Part shown: in pieces, positions 19,568-28,974 of the stretch | Numbering within the stretch: the first letter of the stretch is position 1 | Layout: each line of letters opens with the position of its first letter | From: Nitrospirota bacterium | GTDB taxonomy: Bacteria > Nitrospirota > UBA9217 | Assembly (NCBI GenBank): GCA_963845065.1 | Contig: CAWJQQ010000009.1 | Span: 384,001 to 448,000, forward strand | Direction: 5' to 3' | Length of the DNA: 64,000 nucleotides | Position numbers and translations under genes: made by a program | Notes under the pieces: generated by a model | Seen by the model: the letters and a program-made list of their open reading frames with translations, nothing else | The model's database searches: none | Told to the model about the DNA's origin: nothing

Positions 19568-21451
19568 ATGATCGTCAGGATGGCCAAAGTTGAAATCGTG
19601 GGCGCAAAAGGGCTGCTTCAGGAAGTTCTCGTATGCCTTCGCGAACTCGGTGTACTCCAGATAGAACCGGCAACGATAGGTTTTCTCGAAGTGGGACATG
19701 AAGATGATATTCGCACCTTCATGCTCGACGAAAAAACAATATTCGAACGGGTCTTTCTTGAGAAGCTGCGGGCCAAGGTCACGGAGCTTCTGTCGTCCCT
19801 TCCGACGCTGCCGGTACGAAACAGTTATCTCGATCCTCGACCGGTCATCGATTCAGTCGGAGCAATCGTTGAACGGCATACCGCTACGATCAAAAAATGG
19901 AATGAGCGGAAAGATGACCTTAAAAAAGAGATCACAGAGCTTGAACGGTATGCCCTCTTTCTCGGCACGCTGGTCCCTCTCGTTGCGAGCGCCAAGGAAA
20001 CACCAGACCTTGAATTTATCGGTCTGACCATTCGGGAGCCAGATATGGTGATCCATCTCAAAGAAGCGCTTTCACGTATCACAAACTGGAAATACGAACT
20101 GGTGACGGAACCCGCGGATGGCGGCACCCTTGTTGGGCTGATCACCGTGGAGCGTGACCTTGCCGATCTCGTAAAAAAAACCCTTAGCGATGAGCAGGTA
20201 CCGGAGCTCGTGTTCCCGCCGTCCTACAGCAACCTCACCTTCTCGGAAAAGATCATCTACGTCAAGAAGAGGATCACGCAGGTTTCTGCGGAAGTACAGG
20301 GAATCGATGCTGAACTTTCCCTGTTTACCCAGCGCTGGGCCCCGCTCTACCGGAGCGTTCGGGAGTGGATCGATGATCGGCTGTCGGTGTTGTCCACAAC
20401 TGCGACAGCGTTTGAAACGCGGATGTGCTTCTTCATCAACGGGTGGATGATGGCGAATGACGTTGAGAGGCTCCGGATCAGATTGATGCAGGATTTTAAA
20501 AACGACGTGGTCCTGGAAGAGAAGGAGCTTTGCGAAAATGACCTTGACCGCGTCCCGATCATTCTGAAGAATCCTCCCTACTTCAAACCATACGAAATCT
20601 TTACGAGCATACTACCACTGCCTGTCTATACGTCATACGACCCGACGCCGTTCATCGGCATTTTCTTTCCGATATTTTTCGGGATGATCCTTGGCGATGC
20701 GGGCTATGGTCTTTTCCTTGGAGGTCTTGCCTATTACCTGATGAGGAAGTTCAGACAGAAGAAAATAATCAGGAACGGAGCGAAGATCCTGCTGGTTGCA
20801 TCAATCTATACGGTGTTCTTCGGTATTCTGTTCGGCGAGTTTTTCGGGGACCTGCCAGAGCGGTTCTTTCACCTGCGACCTCTTTGTATGGAACGCAGAA
20901 CTGCAATAGTCCCGATGATTTTCTTTACTCTCGCTGTGGGTGTGGTGCACGTACTGCTTGGCCTCCTTTTCGGCGTTATTGCAGAGTTCAGGAAGAAAGA
21001 AACGAAAGAAGCTGTGTATAAAATCTTGAATATCATTATCATCCTGGCTATAATCGTAATGCTCGCATCCCTCTTCAATTTATTACCCACAGTGCTGGCC
21101 AGGCCGGTCATTATCGCCATTTTATTCCTGACCCCACTTCTGTTCTTTGCCGGCGGTATTCTGGCACCCCTGGAACTTTTGAAAAACATCGGCAATATTA
21201 TCTCCTATGTCCGTATCATGGCGATCGGCCTCACATCAGTGCTGCTCGCCTTTGTAGCAAACAATCTTGGAGGTTTGACCGGCGATGTCGTTACCGGTGT
21301 CGCAGTGGCCGTGCTACTGCATCTTCTCAATATCATACTCGGCGTATTTTCGCCAACCATTCATTCGCTCAGGCTCCACTACGTGGAATTTTTTAGCAAG
21401 TTCATGCAACAGGGCGGGAGGAAGTTCGAGCCGTTGAGCAAAATACGATGA
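19568..21451 (+). CDS. ntpI: A/V-type ATPase subunit I
   Basis: DPTP, FFGMILGDAGYG, SYVRIMA, HSLRLHYVEFFSKF. Confidence 0.95.
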   Translation: MIVRMAKVEIVGAKGLLQEVLVCLRELGVLQIEPATIGFLEVGHEDDIRTFMLDEKTIFERVFLEKLRAKVTELLSSLPTLPVRNSYLDPRPVIDSVGAIVERHTATIKKWNERKDDLKKEITELERYALFLGTLVPLVASAKETPDLEFIGLTIREPDMVIHLKEALSRITNWKYELVTEPADGGTLVGLITVERDLADLVKKTLSDEQVPELVFPPSYSNLTFSEKIIYVKKRITQVSAEVQGIDAELSLFTQRWAPLYRSVREWIDDRLSVLSTTATAFETRMCFFINGWMMANDVERLRIRLMQDFKNDVVLEEKELCENDLDRVPIILKNPPYFKPYEIFTSILPLPVYTSYDPTPFIGIFFPIFFGMILGDAGYGLFLGGLAYYLMRKFRQKKIIRNGAKILLVASIYTVFFGILFGEFFGDLPERFFHLRPLCMERRTAIVPMIFFTLAVGVVHVLLGLLFGVIAEFRKKETKEAVYKILNIIIILAIIVMLASLFNLLPTVLARPVIIAILFLTPLLFFAGGILAPLELLKNIGNIISYVRIMAIGLTSVLLAFVANNLGGLTGDVVTGVAVAVLLHLLNIILGVFSPTIHSLRLHYVEFFSKFMQQGGRKFEPLSKIR

Positions 21452-21613
21452 TGCGGAGACGCAGCTTCGTCGCGAGCCTTTAAGCATGAAATCAGCCGCA
21501 CATCCGATCGAATGATGAGGCAGATGGGCGCTGATCAACACAAAAAGAAGATAAACACTTTTTTTGAGATTGTGCTCATCTGTCGTTAAAACTTTAACCA
21601 CCAGGAGGGATAT

Positions 21614-21838
21614 ATGAATCTTGAAAAAGCACTCATTGCGTTGAGCGCCGCGCTGGCAATCGGACTCCCGGCATTTGCAACGGGCTGGGCACAGTCAAAG
21701 ATCGGGGCAGCCGGGGCCGGGGCACTTGCCGAGAAACCGGAGCTGACCGGCACGATCGTGATCCTCGTCGCCATCCCCGAGACGATGGTGATTCTTGGTT
21801 TCGTCGTAGCAACGATGATCCTTTTCACGGTGAAGTAA
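21614..21838 (+). CDS. ntpK: A/V-type ATPase subunit K (single-hairpin proteolipid)
   Basis: AQSKIGAAGAGALAEKP...PETMVILG. Confidence 0.93.
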   Translation: MNLEKALIALSAALAIGLPAFATGWAQSKIGAAGAGALAEKPELTGTIVILVAIPETMVILGFVVATMILFTVK

Positions 21839-21839
21839 C

Positions 21840-22424
21840 ATGAGCTCGCGTGAGCTGATCGAGTCGCTCCGACGGGCGGGCGAAGAGAATATCCGTGTCA
21901 TGAAGCGCGAAGCGGAACAGGAGACGGCTGCCCTGCAAGCAGCCGCTGCTCAAAAAATAGTTGATCTGCAGAAGCAATATGGTGAGGAGCGACTAGCTGC
22001 TGTCAGCAGTGATGAATTACGACGGGCACGATCGGAGGCGTCAAACCGCGCCCGCGCGCTCAGGCTGGACGCGGAAAAAACGCTCGCAGACAGCCTGTAT
22101 TCGATCGCCCGTTTTTCCCTGAGCCGACTACGGGACGATCTCTATCCCACGGTCTTCGAGAAGTTGGTCCAGGAACTTCCCGCACTGCCGTGGAAGATCG
22201 TGCGGGTGCATACGACGGACGTCGACCTTGCGCGAAAGTATTTTCCTAGTGCGGAGATTTCACCGGTCGGGTCTATCTCGGGAGGTGTCGACGTGGCCAT
22301 AGCCGATGGTTCGATCAGAGTGATCAACACATTCGAGAAGAGATTGGAACGGATATGGATCGACCTGCTTCCGCAGATTGTCAACGATGTATACCGCGAG
22401 GTGGTTGATGGATCTTCTCCATAA
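21840..22424 (+). CDS. ntpE: A/V-type ATPase subunit E
   Basis: Coiled-coil N-terminus, ISGGV...VINTFEKRL, operon position. Confidence 0.85.
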   Translation: MSSRELIESLRRAGEENIRVMKREAEQETAALQAAAAQKIVDLQKQYGEERLAAVSSDELRRARSEASNRARALRLDAEKTLADSLYSIARFSLSRLRDDLYPTVFEKLVQELPALPWKIVRVHTTDVDLARKYFPSAEISPVGSISGGVDVAIADGSIRVINTFEKRLERIWIDLLPQIVNDVYREVVDGSSP

Positions 22425-23373
22425 TCCCGGTGATACGGGTTACCCGGCCGAGTACCTGTTGTCGCGGATCAAAGGAAGGCGATCCGCGTTGGTTAGAAAC
22501 TGGAAGGCGCTGGCCTATGATCCAGACCTTTTTCTCTCGACGCCGCCATTGAAACGGGGCGTCCTTAGTACAGCGATTGCTCCTGACCGGATTTGGACGG
22601 ATCTCATGCGGGAATATCGGTGGGTGTACGGGCAGATGAATCAACAGCTACGGTCCATCTTCCATCCTTATTTTCTGTATGTCGAATTACGGACCATCTG
22701 CATCTGTCTTCGGCACCTCCGCGACAAGAAGGCAGGATTCATCGACGAAGTCCTTAATAAAAGTCTGCTCTCCGATGAGATGAAAGCGGTGTTTGTTCGC
22801 AGCAGTGTTCTGCAGGAAGCCGTCGCCGGAGTCGAGCGGTTATTTTCCGCGATTTCGATAAAATTTGCGGGTCTTACCGAAATCGCGAAAAAAGACGGCC
22901 TGCGAAGTGTAGAGCAGCGTCTCGCCGAGATGTATCTTGCAGTTATGTTAAGCTCCAAGATACATCCGCTTTTGCAGATGTTCTTTTCGCGACTGATCGA
23001 CGCGCGGAACATCATGAGCATCTATAAATTTCTGCGGCTGGGTTACGCAGAGCTTCCCCCGGTTCTGCTTGGAGGCAGTATCACAGAAAAAAAGTTGCGC
23101 GAGCTTTCCGCAAAAGGAGACATCGTTGCGGTAGGACCGATGATCCGCGCATTGACCGGCATAAAGGTGGAACGGCTGGAGCCGACGATGGTTGAACTTG
23201 CTCTCTATAAAGGGATGACCCGGTGGCTGCGTAAGGAAGGACGGGATCCCTTAGGCGTAGGGCCGATCCTGGACTACCTCTGGCGCTGTTCGATCGAGGC
23301 AATGAACTTGAGCATACTCTATCAAGGAAAGGATCTTGAACGGGATTTCGTTGCTGCTGAGCTGGTGATGTGA
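22408..23373 (+). CDS. ntpC: A/V-type ATPase subunit C
   Basis: YLLSRIKGRRSAL, IDARNI, DPLGVGPILDYL..E..NL. Confidence 0.85.
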   Translation: MDLLHNPGDTGYPAEYLLSRIKGRRSALVRNWKALAYDPDLFLSTPPLKRGVLSTAIAPDRIWTDLMREYRWVYGQMNQQLRSIFHPYFLYVELRTICICLRHLRDKKAGFIDEVLNKSLLSDEMKAVFVRSSVLQEAVAGVERLFSAISIKFAGLTEIAKKDGLRSVEQRLAEMYLAVMLSSKIHPLLQMFFSRLIDARNIMSIYKFLRLGYAELPPVLLGGSITEKKLRELSAKGDIVAVGPMIRALTGIKVERLEPTMVELALYKGMTRWLRKEGRDPLGVGPILDYLWRCSIEAMNLSILYQGKDLERDFVAAELVM

Positions 23374-23558
23374 GGAAGAGGAATTTGAGATGAGTGATTC
23401 GACATCCTTAATGAGTAATGCAAGAAACAATCTCTTCTCATAAATAAAAAATATTTTGACCATACCCTGGTGTTGCCGAAACGCGAGCACACCACCAACT
23501 TGCAAGGAACGGTGTGATTTAGTTTATACCCTTCTTATCCAGGTTGTGAGGCCTCATA

Positions 23559-23879
23559 GTGAAAAAGATTGAGTTCATAACGCCTTCTGATGCCGAATTT
23601 GGTTTCAGCCTGTGCGGTATTCCGCAGAAGATCGCAGAAACAACTGATGTGGAAGACGTGCTTACACAAACCATGGCGGATTCCAATATCGGTCTTGCTG
23701 TTGTCGATGAACGCCTGCTCACGGGCATGCCAGATGAACGGCTTCGGGAGCTCGAAGAGTCATGGCAGGGGATTTTTCTGGTCCTCCCGTCTCCCGAAAA
23801 ACCGCCGCCAGAGACCGAAGACTATGCGGCTCGTCTGATCAGGCGTGCCATAGGCTATCATGTGAGATTAAAATTATGA
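23559..23879 (+). CDS. ntpF: A/V-type ATPase subunit F
   Basis: GFSLCGI, LIRRAIG. Confidence 0.88.
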   Translation: MKKIEFITPSDAEFGFSLCGIPQKIAETTDVEDVLTQTMADSNIGLAVVDERLLTGMPDERLRELEESWQGIFLVLPSPEKPPPETEDYAARLIRRAIGYHVRLKL

Positions 23880-23962
23880 TAATGCCGGGTGTTGAGCTGC
23901 ACCGCTGAAGGGCGTACCAGCTGCAAACCAGCGGCTCCCGCATCTGGTATAGGGTGAAAAAT

Positions 23963-25597
23963 ATGTCGAGCAGGAGCGGTAAAATTCAGAGCATATCAGG
24001 ACCGACTGTAAGCGCCAACCTCAAAGGGCTGAAGCTCTACGAGCGCGTCTATGTTGGTAATGCCATGCTTACCGGTGAGGTTGTCCGGCTTGAGCGTGAC
24101 AAAGTTGTGATCCAGGTCTACGAAGATACGCGCGGTCTTGCCGTGGGCGAGCCGGTCAAAGGAGTTGGCATGCCGCTTACGGTACGACTGGGGCCGGGAC
24201 TTCTCGGGGGGATGTTTGACGGACTCCAGCGGCCCCTCGAGCGGCTCAAGCAGGAAATGGGCTCCTTTATTACGGGTGGCCGAGAAGTCTATGCACTGGA
24301 TTACATGAAGCGCTGGGATTTCTCGCCATCATTGAAAGAGAATGATAAAGTTGTGGGCGGCACCGTACTTGGGACGGTGAATGAGGGGGCTTTTAAGCAT
24401 TACATCATGTCCAACGCTTACGAAAGCGGCACGATTGGCCAGATCAGGGAAGGCAGTATAAGCCTAGACGAGCCGCTCGGCGAATACAAAGACAATCGGG
24501 ACATCCCGGGATGTCACGAATGGCCGGTGCGAATTGCGCGGCCGTACCGAAAAAAAATCCCTCCCGCATCGCCGATCGTCACGGGCCAGCGCAGCATCGA
24601 CTTCCTCTTCCCGCTTGCACGAGGAGGAACTGCGATTTTTCCAGGCGGATTCGGCACAGGCAAGACCATTCTTGAACAATCTATCGCAAAATTCGCCAAC
24701 GTCGACATTGTCGTGTACGTGGGTTGCGGCGAGCGTGGGAACGAGATGGCGGACCTGATCGCAGAATTCGAGGAGCTGAAGGACCCCTGGACCAAGCGGC
24801 CGCTCAGGGAACGTACGGTGCTGGTCGTCAACACGTCGAACATGCCTGTGGCGGCCCGCGAAGCCTCGATTTACACGGCGGTAACTATGGCCGAGTATTA
24901 CCGTGACATGGGTTACCACGTGCTCTTCCTCGCCGACAGTCTGTCCCGATGGGCTGAAGCCCTGCGCGAGATTTCATCGTCGCTGGAGGAAATGCCCGGA
25001 GAAGAAGGGTATCCGACATATCTGGCCTCACGCTTGTCAGGTTTCCTTGAACGGTCAGGCGTGGTAGAGACATTATCCGGGAAGATCGGTTCGCTTAGCA
25101 TGATACTTTCGGTTTCTCCTCCGGGCGGCGATTTCACCGAGCCGGTCACACAGGCCTGTCTGAGGACGACCGGATCCTTCCTTATGCTCGACACTGCGCT
25201 TGCTCACCGGAGGCACTTTCCGGCGATCAACTGGTTCCAGAGCTATTCCCTCTACAGCAAGGAAGTGGCTGAACATTACCGATCCACGATCTCACCGGAA
25301 TGGGACAATCTGCTCCGCAGAAGCAGACAGATACTACAGCAGGAGGAATCGCTCCGGGAAGTGGCCGAAATCGTGGGCGCTGAAGGGCTGCAGGACGCTG
25401 ACCGTCTGCTCATGGGTACGGCCGAACGGGTCCGCACCGAATTCCTCCAGCAGAATGCCTACAGCGAAGACGCCTTCTCTCCGCCGGAGAAAACTTTTTC
25501 GATCATGAAGGGCATCATTGAACATTATGATCGTGTTGCAGAAAAACTGAAACAGGGAGTTGCGCTGGAAGTAGCGGAAAAGAGCGGAAAAGAATAA
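23963..25597 (+). CDS. ntpA: A/V-type ATPase subunit A
   Basis: Walker A GGFGTGKT, GCGERGNE, NTSNMPVAARE, EMPGEEGYPTYL. Confidence 0.97.
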   Translation: MSSRSGKIQSISGPTVSANLKGLKLYERVYVGNAMLTGEVVRLERDKVVIQVYEDTRGLAVGEPVKGVGMPLTVRLGPGLLGGMFDGLQRPLERLKQEMGSFITGGREVYALDYMKRWDFSPSLKENDKVVGGTVLGTVNEGAFKHYIMSNAYESGTIGQIREGSISLDEPLGEYKDNRDIPGCHEWPVRIARPYRKKIPPASPIVTGQRSIDFLFPLARGGTAIFPGGFGTGKTILEQSIAKFANVDIVVYVGCGERGNEMADLIAEFEELKDPWTKRPLRERTVLVVNTSNMPVAAREASIYTAVTMAEYYRDMGYHVLFLADSLSRWAEALREISSSLEEMPGEEGYPTYLASRLSGFLERSGVVETLSGKIGSLSMILSVSPPGGDFTEPVTQACLRTTGSFLMLDTALAHRRHFPAINWFQSYSLYSKEVAEHYRSTISPEWDNLLRRSRQILQQEESLREVAEIVGAEGLQDADRLLMGTAERVRTEFLQQNAYSEDAFSPPEKTFSIMKGIIEHYDRVAEKLKQGVALEVAEKSGKE

Positions 25598-25677
25598 TGC
25601 AGAATGCTGCAGGAGGGAAGCGATAAAGGATTTTGCTGTGTATCAAGGGTCGTACACACTGCATCGGGGAAGAAGCC

Positions 25678-27006
25678 ATGCGATTATCCGAACATATATA
25701 CCGCACAATCTCCACTATCGCCGGCCCGCTCCTGTTTGTCCAGAGCGTCCAGGAAGCACGGATAGGAGAAATGGTTACGGTCCATACGCCTGACGGCAGG
25801 GACATGGAAGCGGAAATACTCGAGATCGACGGCCAGACGACACTGGTCGAGGTGTATGGCACCACCCAGGGTCTGGACATCGAGCGGACCACTATCTCTT
25901 TTAGCGATGCGGTAAAAAAGGTTCCGTTGTCCCAGGACATCGTGGGAAGGATATTTAACGGCTCCTTCGAACCCAAGGACGGCGCCCCGGTGTTCATTCC
26001 CGAAAAGAGGATGCCAATCACTGGAGTGCCGATCAACCCCGCAGCCCGCGCACGGCCAGCTGACTTTATCGAGACAGGATTTACTACGATCGATTGTTTA
26101 AACACGCTCGTGCGCGGGCAGAAACTTCCGATTTTTTCCTGCGCAGGGCTGCCCTCGAAGGAAGTTGTCGCTGCAATCCTGCGGAACTCTCGTCTAGCCG
26201 ACACCACAAAAAAATTTATTGTGATCTTCGCGGCTCTCGGACTGACGTTTCACGAATATGCGTTCTATATGAAAACGCTTGAAGAAATGAAGACTGGGTT
26301 CGTGGCCTTCGTGAATATGGCAGATGAACCGGTGATGGAGAGACTGCTCGCCCCTCGTTTCGCCCTGACGGTAGCGGAATATCTGGCCTTTGAAAAAGGC
26401 ATGGACATCCTGGTGATCATCACGGATATGACGAACTACTGCGATGCCCTGCGTGAGATATCTACGGCCCGAGAGGAACTACCCGGCAGGCGCGGGTATC
26501 CTGGTTACATGTACTCGGACCTGGCGTCATTGTACGAGCGCGCGGGCCGCATCTACGGCCGCGAAGGCTCGGTCACCATGCTGCCGGTCGTGACCATGCC
26601 CGAGGACGATATTACCCATCCGATACCGGACCTTACGGGTTACATCACCGAGGGCCAGATCGTTCTTTCGCGGGAACTTCATCAAAAAGGTATTTTCCCT
26701 CCGGTAGATGTTCTCCCGAGCCTCTCGCGGCTCATGCAGAAGGGGATCGGCGAAGGACGCACCCGTGCCGACCACCGGAAGGTCTCGAACCTACTGTATA
26801 AATATTATGCCAAAGGAAGAGACTTGCGGCGGCTCGAAGCTATCGTCGGCAGAGACGGAATGACAAAGGAGGACATCCTGATGCTCGATTTTGCCGATGC
26901 CTTTGAAAAGGAATTAGTGGGTCAGGGTGGGACAAGACGGACAGTGCAGGAGAGTCTTGACGCGGGACTGGAACTGATGAAGAAGTGCGGACTGGATGTT
27001 GCGTGA
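25678..27006 (+). CDS. ntpB: A/V-type ATPase subunit B
   Basis: NTLVRGQKLPIFS, PGRRGYPGYMYSDLA, THPIPDLTGYITEGQ. Confidence 0.97.
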   Translation: MRLSEHIYRTISTIAGPLLFVQSVQEARIGEMVTVHTPDGRDMEAEILEIDGQTTLVEVYGTTQGLDIERTTISFSDAVKKVPLSQDIVGRIFNGSFEPKDGAPVFIPEKRMPITGVPINPAARARPADFIETGFTTIDCLNTLVRGQKLPIFSCAGLPSKEVVAAILRNSRLADTTKKFIVIFAALGLTFHEYAFYMKTLEEMKTGFVAFVNMADEPVMERLLAPRFALTVAEYLAFEKGMDILVIITDMTNYCDALREISTAREELPGRRGYPGYMYSDLASLYERAGRIYGREGSVTMLPVVTMPEDDITHPIPDLTGYITEGQIVLSRELHQKGIFPPVDVLPSLSRLMQKGIGEGRTRADHRKVSNLLYKYYAKGRDLRRLEAIVGRDGMTKEDILMLDFADAFEKELVGQGGTRRTVQESLDAGLELMKKCGLDVA

Positions 27007-27043
27007 AACATCGGACGCGGTACTGCATATACGAGGCGATTCC

Positions 27044-27700
27044 ATGATCCATCCAACTCGTACAAACCTGCTTTTGCTCAAAGACAAGTCCCGGTCCGTG
27101 GTAAACAGCATCGCGATCCTGAAGGCCAGAAAACAGGCGCTGATCAAGGAATTTCTTGCCGCGACCCTGCCGTTCCTCCGGTCCCGGGAGGACATCAGAC
27201 AGTCTTACGGTAAAGCGCTGAGAGAACTAGCGATTACGCTCGGTCATGAAGGGAAGGACACAGTCGAATCTATTGTCGTTGCGACGGAACGGGAATTCGG
27301 TATCGATGTTATTCAAAAAAGTATTTGGGGCCTCCGGTACAAGGATATCGTATTTCATGATACTCCGGTCAGGAATCCAGACAAACGCGGTTATGATGAG
27401 CGGGGAACAACGCCGCACCTTGAGGAAGGCACCATTCTGTTCGAAAAACTTTTCGAGTCCATGCTGCATATAGCAGAATATGAGTCTAAGCTCAAAAGAC
27501 TCGGAGATGAGATTCTTCGGACCACGAGGCGAATTAAGGTACTGGAAGAGATGGTGCTCCCCGACCTGAAGATCCAGATCAGGAGCATCGCCCAGTACAT
27601 TAGTGAGCGGGAGCGCGAATCGTTCTATCGGTTGAAGCGTGTCAAGAATATCCTGAACGCAGCTAAAGAAGGGACTCAAGAGGCAGGAAGAAACATATGA
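27044..27700 (+). CDS. ntpD: A/V-type ATPase subunit D
   Basis: HPTRTNLLLLK, TTRRIKVLEE, ERERESFYRLK. Confidence 0.93.
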   Translation: MIHPTRTNLLLLKDKSRSVVNSIAILKARKQALIKEFLAATLPFLRSREDIRQSYGKALRELAITLGHEGKDTVESIVVATEREFGIDVIQKSIWGLRYKDIVFHDTPVRNPDKRGYDERGTTPHLEEGTILFEKLFESMLHIAEYESKLKRLGDEILRTTRRIKVLEEMVLPDLKIQIRSIAQYISERERESFYRLKRVKNILNAAKEGTQEAGRNI

Positions 27701-28311
27701 TGATTGAATCATAAGTAAGTATTGAATAAAATCTCGATTGTCATATCACCTCAGAAACTGTACGAACATAAGCCTCTAAATAATAGTGATACAACGGAGA
27801 TATATTTTAGAAAAATGTTATCGTTTTTCGTTCCCTTCATGGCACATATAACGAGACAGAGATTTCGAGGCTGTTTTCGAGGGTCGGAGAATCCCGGTGG
27901 CCGGCATGACTTTCATTGCCGACGGCCGTATCCTCACCAGGCCACAGGCGCATTCGTCGAAGCTCGTTGACCAGCTCTGGGACCTTGAGGACAATATCCG
28001 GCTCACAGGAACGTTGGCGGGCATCAAAGTAAAACCGAAAATCGAGGAGAAAAAAAAAGATTCTCTTCCTCGATTACCTTAAAGAGGAATCGGTGGCCAA
28101 GAGATGGAAAGCCGTTGCCAACGGAATCGAGAGAAGCATCGTGACATTACAATATAGCTGATCGTAACCGGTAATTACAGAGTACCGTGTGGAGGGTTTT
28201 GCAAGTCTTTGTAAATACCGTGCATGACAGGATCAAAGACGCGATGTCCCGGCTAGACAGCGGCGAGAAGGAAATGTGGGAGATGATCGACGAGAAAGTA
28301 TAGTTTCTTCC

Positions 28312-28974
28312 TTACCCGTTTATTTTTATAATTCCCTTTTGAATGGCAAATTTGATCAGGCCGGCACGGGAGTGGATGCCGAGTTTTTCGCCGATGTTTG
28401 TTTGGTGGACGATGACGGTTTTGGCGCTGATGCCGAGCATATCGCCCACCTCCTTGTGCGTATATCCCTCCGCAACCAGTTTTAGCACCTGCTTTTCCCG
28501 GTCCGAAAGTTTTTCGTAGAGATCCTCCGTGTCCGCGTCTATGTCTCCGTGGAGATAACGGGCGACAACTTCTGTAGCAATGGAAGAATACAAGTATAAT
28601 TCTCCCTTGCTGATCGTCTTAAGACTCGTGATGAGGTCGCTTCCCACCGCCTTTTTGAGCAGATATCCCGAGACGCCCGCTTTGAGAAAACGGGCTATAT
28701 ACTCTTTATCTTCATACTGCGTCAGTACGAGCACTTTTGTATCGGGCCACATCTTCTTTATTTCGAGTGTTGCTTCGAGCCCACCGAGCTTGGGCATGTT
28801 GATGTCCATGATGACGATATCTGGCCGGTACTTGCCCGTTTTTTCAATAGCCTCCAAGCCATCGGATGCCTCTGCGACAACTTCGAATTCATCGTCGAGC
28901 TTAAGGAATGCCACAATTCCCTCGCGAACGAGAGCATGGTCATCCGCGATCAATACCTTCATTTTATGAAGCAT
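28312..28974 (-). CDS. NarL/LuxR-family response regulator
   Basis: IADDH, MDINMP, LSDREKQVLKLVAEG HTH; start overlaps the kinase stop. Confidence 0.95.
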   Translation of the reverse strand: MLHKMKVLIADDHALVREGIVAFLKLDDEFEVVAEASDGLEAIEKTGKYRPDIVIMDINMPKLGGLEATLEIKKMWPDTKVLVLTQYEDKEYIARFLKAGVSGYLLKKAVGSDLITSLKTISKGELYLYSSIATEVVARYLHGDIDADTEDLYEKLSDREKQVLKLVAEGYTHKEVGDMLGISAKTVIVHQTNIGEKLGIHSRAGLIKFAIQKGIIKING

